The position numbers and the translations under genes were made by a program. Under the pieces are notes generated by a model. That model searched no databases, was not told the origin of the DNA, and worked only from the letters and a program-made list of their open reading frames with translations. Positions 8,343-11,285 of a stretch of DNA of 11,285 bases are shown piece by piece; position 1 is the first letter of the stretch; each line of letters begins with the position of its first letter. The stretch comes from Candidatus Hydrogenedentota bacterium (GTDB lineage Bacteria > Hydrogenedentota > Hydrogenedentia > Hydrogenedentales > SLHB01): positions 1 to 11,285 of the forward strand of contig JAWXCN010000078.1 in assembly GCA_034408725.1 (NCBI GenBank), read 5' to 3'.

Positions 8343-8364
8343 GTCTCGTAGAGGTAGACGACGT

Positions 8365-9027
8365 ATGAGCATGGACAACGTAGCGCCAACGCGCATGCAA
8401 CTGCTGTCCCACAAGGCGCAGATCAAGTTTGCCGCGGACGGCGTGCAATTGCTCGAAGGCAAGCGCGAAGCTTTGTTGAAAGAGCTTATCGAGCGCGCAA
8501 AAGAACTGCGCAAACTCCGGAACCACCTGCATAAACTCGGACGATCGGCGATGGCGTCGCTCACAATTGCGCGGGCCGTGCGCGGGACGCCGGAAGTGAA
8601 CTCGGCGGGCGTGGCGGCGCGCCGCGAGTTGCAGCTCGATGTAAAGACGGAAAAGGTCTGGGGCCTCTCGCTTGGCACCATTGATCGCCACAATATCGTG
8701 CGAACGCCAAACGATCGCGGCACCGGGTTAATCGACGTCGGCTCGCAGATAGTCGAGGCGTCGGACTCTTCCGAGCGCATGCTCGAACAATTGCTCGTGT
8801 GCGCGCCGAAGGAGTCGAACCTGCTGATCATCGGCGAGGAAGTGCGGAAAGTCAGCCGGCGCATCAACGCGCTGAATGAATACCTTCTGCCCAAGTTGCG
8901 CGGCGAAATGCGCACAATCGCGCGCGTGCTCGACGAACGCGAACGCGAGGAAACATTCCGCCTGAAACGCATCAAAAAGAAAAAGGCCGACGCCAAAGCA
9001 GCCGAAGCCGCGGGAGGGGCAGCATAA
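8365..9027 (+). CDS. atpD: V/A-type ATP synthase central rotor subunit D
   Basis: 220 aa with PTRMQLL, LLEGKREAL, RRINALNEYLLP and LDEREREETFRLKRIK. SD GAGGT at 8351-8355. Confidence 0.96.
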   Translation: MSMDNVAPTRMQLLSHKAQIKFAADGVQLLEGKREALLKELIERAKELRKLRNHLHKLGRSAMASLTIARAVRGTPEVNSAGVAARRELQLDVKTEKVWGLSLGTIDRHNIVRTPNDRGTGLIDVGSQIVEASDSSERMLEQLLVCAPKESNLLIIGEEVRKVSRRINALNEYLLPKLRGEMRTIARVLDEREREETFRLKRIKKKKADAKAAEAAGGAA

Positions 9028-9518
9028 TGCGCCTCGGCGATCTGCTCCACGAAAATACCATCAAGCTCAATATCGACGCGCGGAACAAACACGAAGCCAT
9101 CGAGGAGCTCGTGGACGTGCTCGTGCACGCGCACGAGATACCGTTTTCTTTGCGCAATCACGTGCTGGAAATCGTCTCCGAGCGCGAAGCGGAAATTAGC
9201 ACGGGGCTCGAGCACGGCATTGCCGTGCCGCACGGCGCATCTGACCGGATCGATGACACAATTGTCGCAATGGGCGTATGCCGCGAAGGCGTTCCGTTTG
9301 ACAGCGTGGATGGCATTTCCGCGCGCATTATCGTACTTACGCTGTTTCCGCGCCGCAATTTCTCGGGCAACGTGAAAGGCATGGCGGCGATTGCCCATCT
9401 CCTGCGCAATTCCAAGTTGCGCGACAGAATCCGCGCGGCAACTTCGCCCGCCAGCGTACTCCAGGCTGTTCGCGAAGAGGAAAGCGACGAAGCCTTTCAA
9501 CACCACCTGAAGAAGTAA
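9027..9518 (+). CDS. Stand-alone PTS EIIA type-2 domain protein (PtsN/EIIA-Ntr or fructose/mannitol EIIA family)
   Basis: 163 aa with KHEAIEELV, EREAEISTGLEHGIAVPHG (phospho-acceptor His69, nt 9231-9233) and GVPFDSVDG. No EIIB or EIIC domain. The start overlaps the subunit D stop (TAATG 9025-9029), with SD GGAGG upstream. Confidence 0.92.
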   Translation: MRLGDLLHENTIKLNIDARNKHEAIEELVDVLVHAHEIPFSLRNHVLEIVSEREAEISTGLEHGIAVPHGASDRIDDTIVAMGVCREGVPFDSVDGISARIIVLTLFPRRNFSGNVKGMAAIAHLLRNSKLRDRIRAATSPASVLQAVREEESDEAFQHHLKK

Positions 9519-9593
9519 CCCGCGCGCTACTGGACTCTCCCACGAGTTCCGGTTACATTCGTGTGCGGCGCGGATGGGCGCCGGTGGGTGTTC

Positions 9594-11042
9594 ATGCTTT
9601 TCAATTCCCTTCACTTTGCCGCATTTTTCCCGGTGGTTGTGTGCGCGTACTTTCTGTTGCCGCACCGGTTGCGCTGGATGCTCTTGCTTGCCGCCAGCTA
9701 TTACTTCTACGGTTCATGGAGCTGGAAGTATCTTGCGCTGCTGCTACTCACGACGAGCGTCGATTGGTTTGCGGGCGTGCGCATGGGCGCCACGACGCAC
9801 ACCGGCAGACGCCGCGCCTGGCTGATTACGAGTCTCGTGTGCAATCTCGGCGTCTTGTTCGCCTTCAAATACTACAATTTTTTCGTCGATTCCGCGCAAC
9901 TCGCGGCTGCCGCATTGGGGCTGTCTATTCCAGTTTCCGTAATCGAAGTCTTGCTGCCGGTCGGCATTTCCTTCTACACATTCCAAAGTATCAGCTACAC
10001 CGTTGACGTTTATCGCGGGACAACCGCGCCGCAACGTCACTTCGGGAAATTCGCGCTGTTTGTCGCGTTCTTCCCCCAACTGGTAGCCGGCCCGATTGAA
10101 CGTTCCTGGCATCTCATGCCGCAGATCGATATCCATAAGCGTTTCGACTGGAACCGCATTCGGTCTGGCGTGCTGCTCATGCTCGCCGGTTTCTTCAAAA
10201 AGATTGTCATTGCGGATCGGCTGGCAATATATGTCGATGCGGTTTACAACGACCCCGCAGCCTATGAAGGCTGGCCCATTGTCATTGCCACGTACCTGTT
10301 CGCATTCCAAATCTTCTGCGACTTTTCCGGTTACTCCGATATCGCCATTGGGTCCGCGCGGGTACTCGGATTCGATCTCATGAAGAACTTCCAGCGCCCT
10401 TACTTCGCGACTTCGGTAACGGATTTCTGGCATCGGTGGCATATATCGCTCTCAACGTGGATGCGCGACTATCTCTACATTCCCCTGGGCGGAAACCGGG
10501 TCGCGCCGCGGCGCGTATATTTTAATTTGTTCATTGTATTTGTCCTGAGCGGGCTCTGGCACGGCGCGCATTGGAAGTTTATCTGGTGGGGCGCGTTGCA
10601 CGGGCTGTATATATGCGCCGGCAGATATTTTCCCACTTCCCGGCGCACCCTTATAACGCGGGTTATTGGGACGGAAGCAAGTCCACTGCGCCGCGTGTTC
10701 CAGGTGATCGTTACATTTCACCTGGTGCTGTTTGCCTGGATGTTTTTTCGCGCAAATTCCGTCACCGATGTCTATGTGCTAATAGTCCGTGCGGCCAGCG
10801 GGCTCGGCGCATCCGCGTCCACCATCTTCGATCCGCTCCCTGCAACCGAGCTCGGCATTGCCATTGTCGCGCTTTGCCTGCTCGAAGCCGTGCACCTGCT
10901 TCAGGAGCGGGGTATCCATATTGAAGAGCGGTTGGTCGCCCTGCCGCGGCCCGCGCGCTGGGCAATTTACTATTCGTTGGCGTTCACCGTGCTATTCTTT
11001 GGCAAATTCACGTCGCAACAATTTATCTACTTTCAATTCTGA
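9594..11042 (+). CDS. MBOAT family O-acyltransferase (AlgI/PatA/DltB-like)
   Basis: Begins MLFNS at ATG 9594, the typical N-terminus. Motifs LPVGISFYTFQ, FFPQLVAGPIER, DFSGYSDIAIG, FWHRWHISLSTWMRDYLYIPLGG, SGLWHGA (catalytic His) and C-terminal FIYFQF. Confidence 0.95.
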   Translation: MLFNSLHFAAFFPVVVCAYFLLPHRLRWMLLLAASYYFYGSWSWKYLALLLLTTSVDWFAGVRMGATTHTGRRRAWLITSLVCNLGVLFAFKYYNFFVDSAQLAAAALGLSIPVSVIEVLLPVGISFYTFQSISYTVDVYRGTTAPQRHFGKFALFVAFFPQLVAGPIERSWHLMPQIDIHKRFDWNRIRSGVLLMLAGFFKKIVIADRLAIYVDAVYNDPAAYEGWPIVIATYLFAFQIFCDFSGYSDIAIGSARVLGFDLMKNFQRPYFATSVTDFWHRWHISLSTWMRDYLYIPLGGNRVAPRRVYFNLFIVFVLSGLWHGAHWKFIWWGALHGLYICAGRYFPTSRRTLITRVIGTEASPLRRVFQVIVTFHLVLFAWMFFRANSVTDVYVLIVRAASGLGASASTIFDPLPATELGIAIVALCLLEAVHLLQERGIHIEERLVALPRPARWAIYYSLAFTVLFFGKFTSQQFIYFQF

Positions 11043-11285
11043 TGCACGTCAAACTATCGCATATCGTCCGCGCCGCTCTCTTCGTGGGGGTGTTGGTTGC
11101 GCTGCATCTTTTACTGCGCCACGCGTATTGGTTCTACTTCAGCGGCCTCGCCCCATCTCTCTCGAAGGAGCGCGAGTATATCCGCAGCGCGTCGCCATGC
11201 GACCTGTTGTTCCTCGGCAACAGCCATATCCTTGTGGGATTCGACGAGCACACGATTCCCCGATCCGCTATGTGCTCGTCGTTAC
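11042..11285 (+). CDS. Membrane-anchored SGNH/GDSL-like protein (AlgJ/PatB/DltD-like MBOAT partner), 3'-truncated
   Basis: The ATG overlaps the MBOAT stop (TGATG 11040-11044) and the frame is open to the window end: MHVKLSHIVRAALFVGVLVALHLLLRHAYWFYFSGLAPSLSKEREYIRSASPCDLLFLGNSHILVGFD... One N-terminal TM segment, then the SGNH block-I-like motif LFLGNSH. Not in the supplied ORF track. Confidence 0.75.
   Translation, partial: MHVKLSHIVRAALFVGVLVALHLLLRHAYWFYFSGLAPSLSKEREYIRSASPCDLLFLGNSHILVGFDEHTIPRSAMCSSL

Noticed and set aside
9561-9593. GTG start at 9561 for the MBOAT, as in the ORF track
   Set aside because: Family members typically begin M(L/V)F(N/S)S, which matches ATG 9594. The 11-residue extension looks non-homologous.
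8307-9665. 452-aa minus-strand ORF, and other long antisense or alternative-frame ORFs (e.g. 6721..7587, 5065..5859, 3112..3897)
   Set aside because: They shadow well-supported + strand genes and have no recognisable motifs. Long stop-free antisense frames are expected in GC-rich coding DNA.
1-11285. CRISPR arrays, tRNA/rRNA genes, IS elements, integrases or defence genes
   Set aside because: Almost all of the window is explained by identifiable CDSs. No spaced direct repeats, cloverleaf, terminal inverted repeats or transposase/recombinase motifs were seen.

Overview
GC-rich bacterial window with every real gene on the + strand. It begins with the 3' end of a LigD polymerase/primase domain (<2..289). 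A 203-nt intergenic region follows, holding a sigma70-like promoter and a strongly structured ~110-nt 5' leader. Next is a complete nine-gene V/A-type (A1Ao-like) ATP synthase operon in the Thermus/archaeal order G(H)-I-K-E-C-F-A-B-D (493..9027). A stand-alone PTS EIIA type-2 (PtsN-like) gene is translationally coupled to subunit D (9027..9518). The window ends with an AlgI/DltB-family MBOAT O-acyltransferase (9594..11042) coupled to a truncated membrane-anchored SGNH-like protein (11042..>11285). The most interesting signals are: (1) the leader folds into a nested multi-stem RNA whose GUGCCC/AAGUG/AGGU blocks resemble, from memory, the DUF1646 (Na+-I) riboswitch; (2) a PTS EIIA gene forms a tenth cistron of the ATPase operon; (3) the single-hairpin rotor subunit carries a signal peptide and only a partial Na+-binding signature. 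Together these may form an ion-sensing, PTS-regulated V/A-ATPase module. That is an inference and has not been demonstrated.
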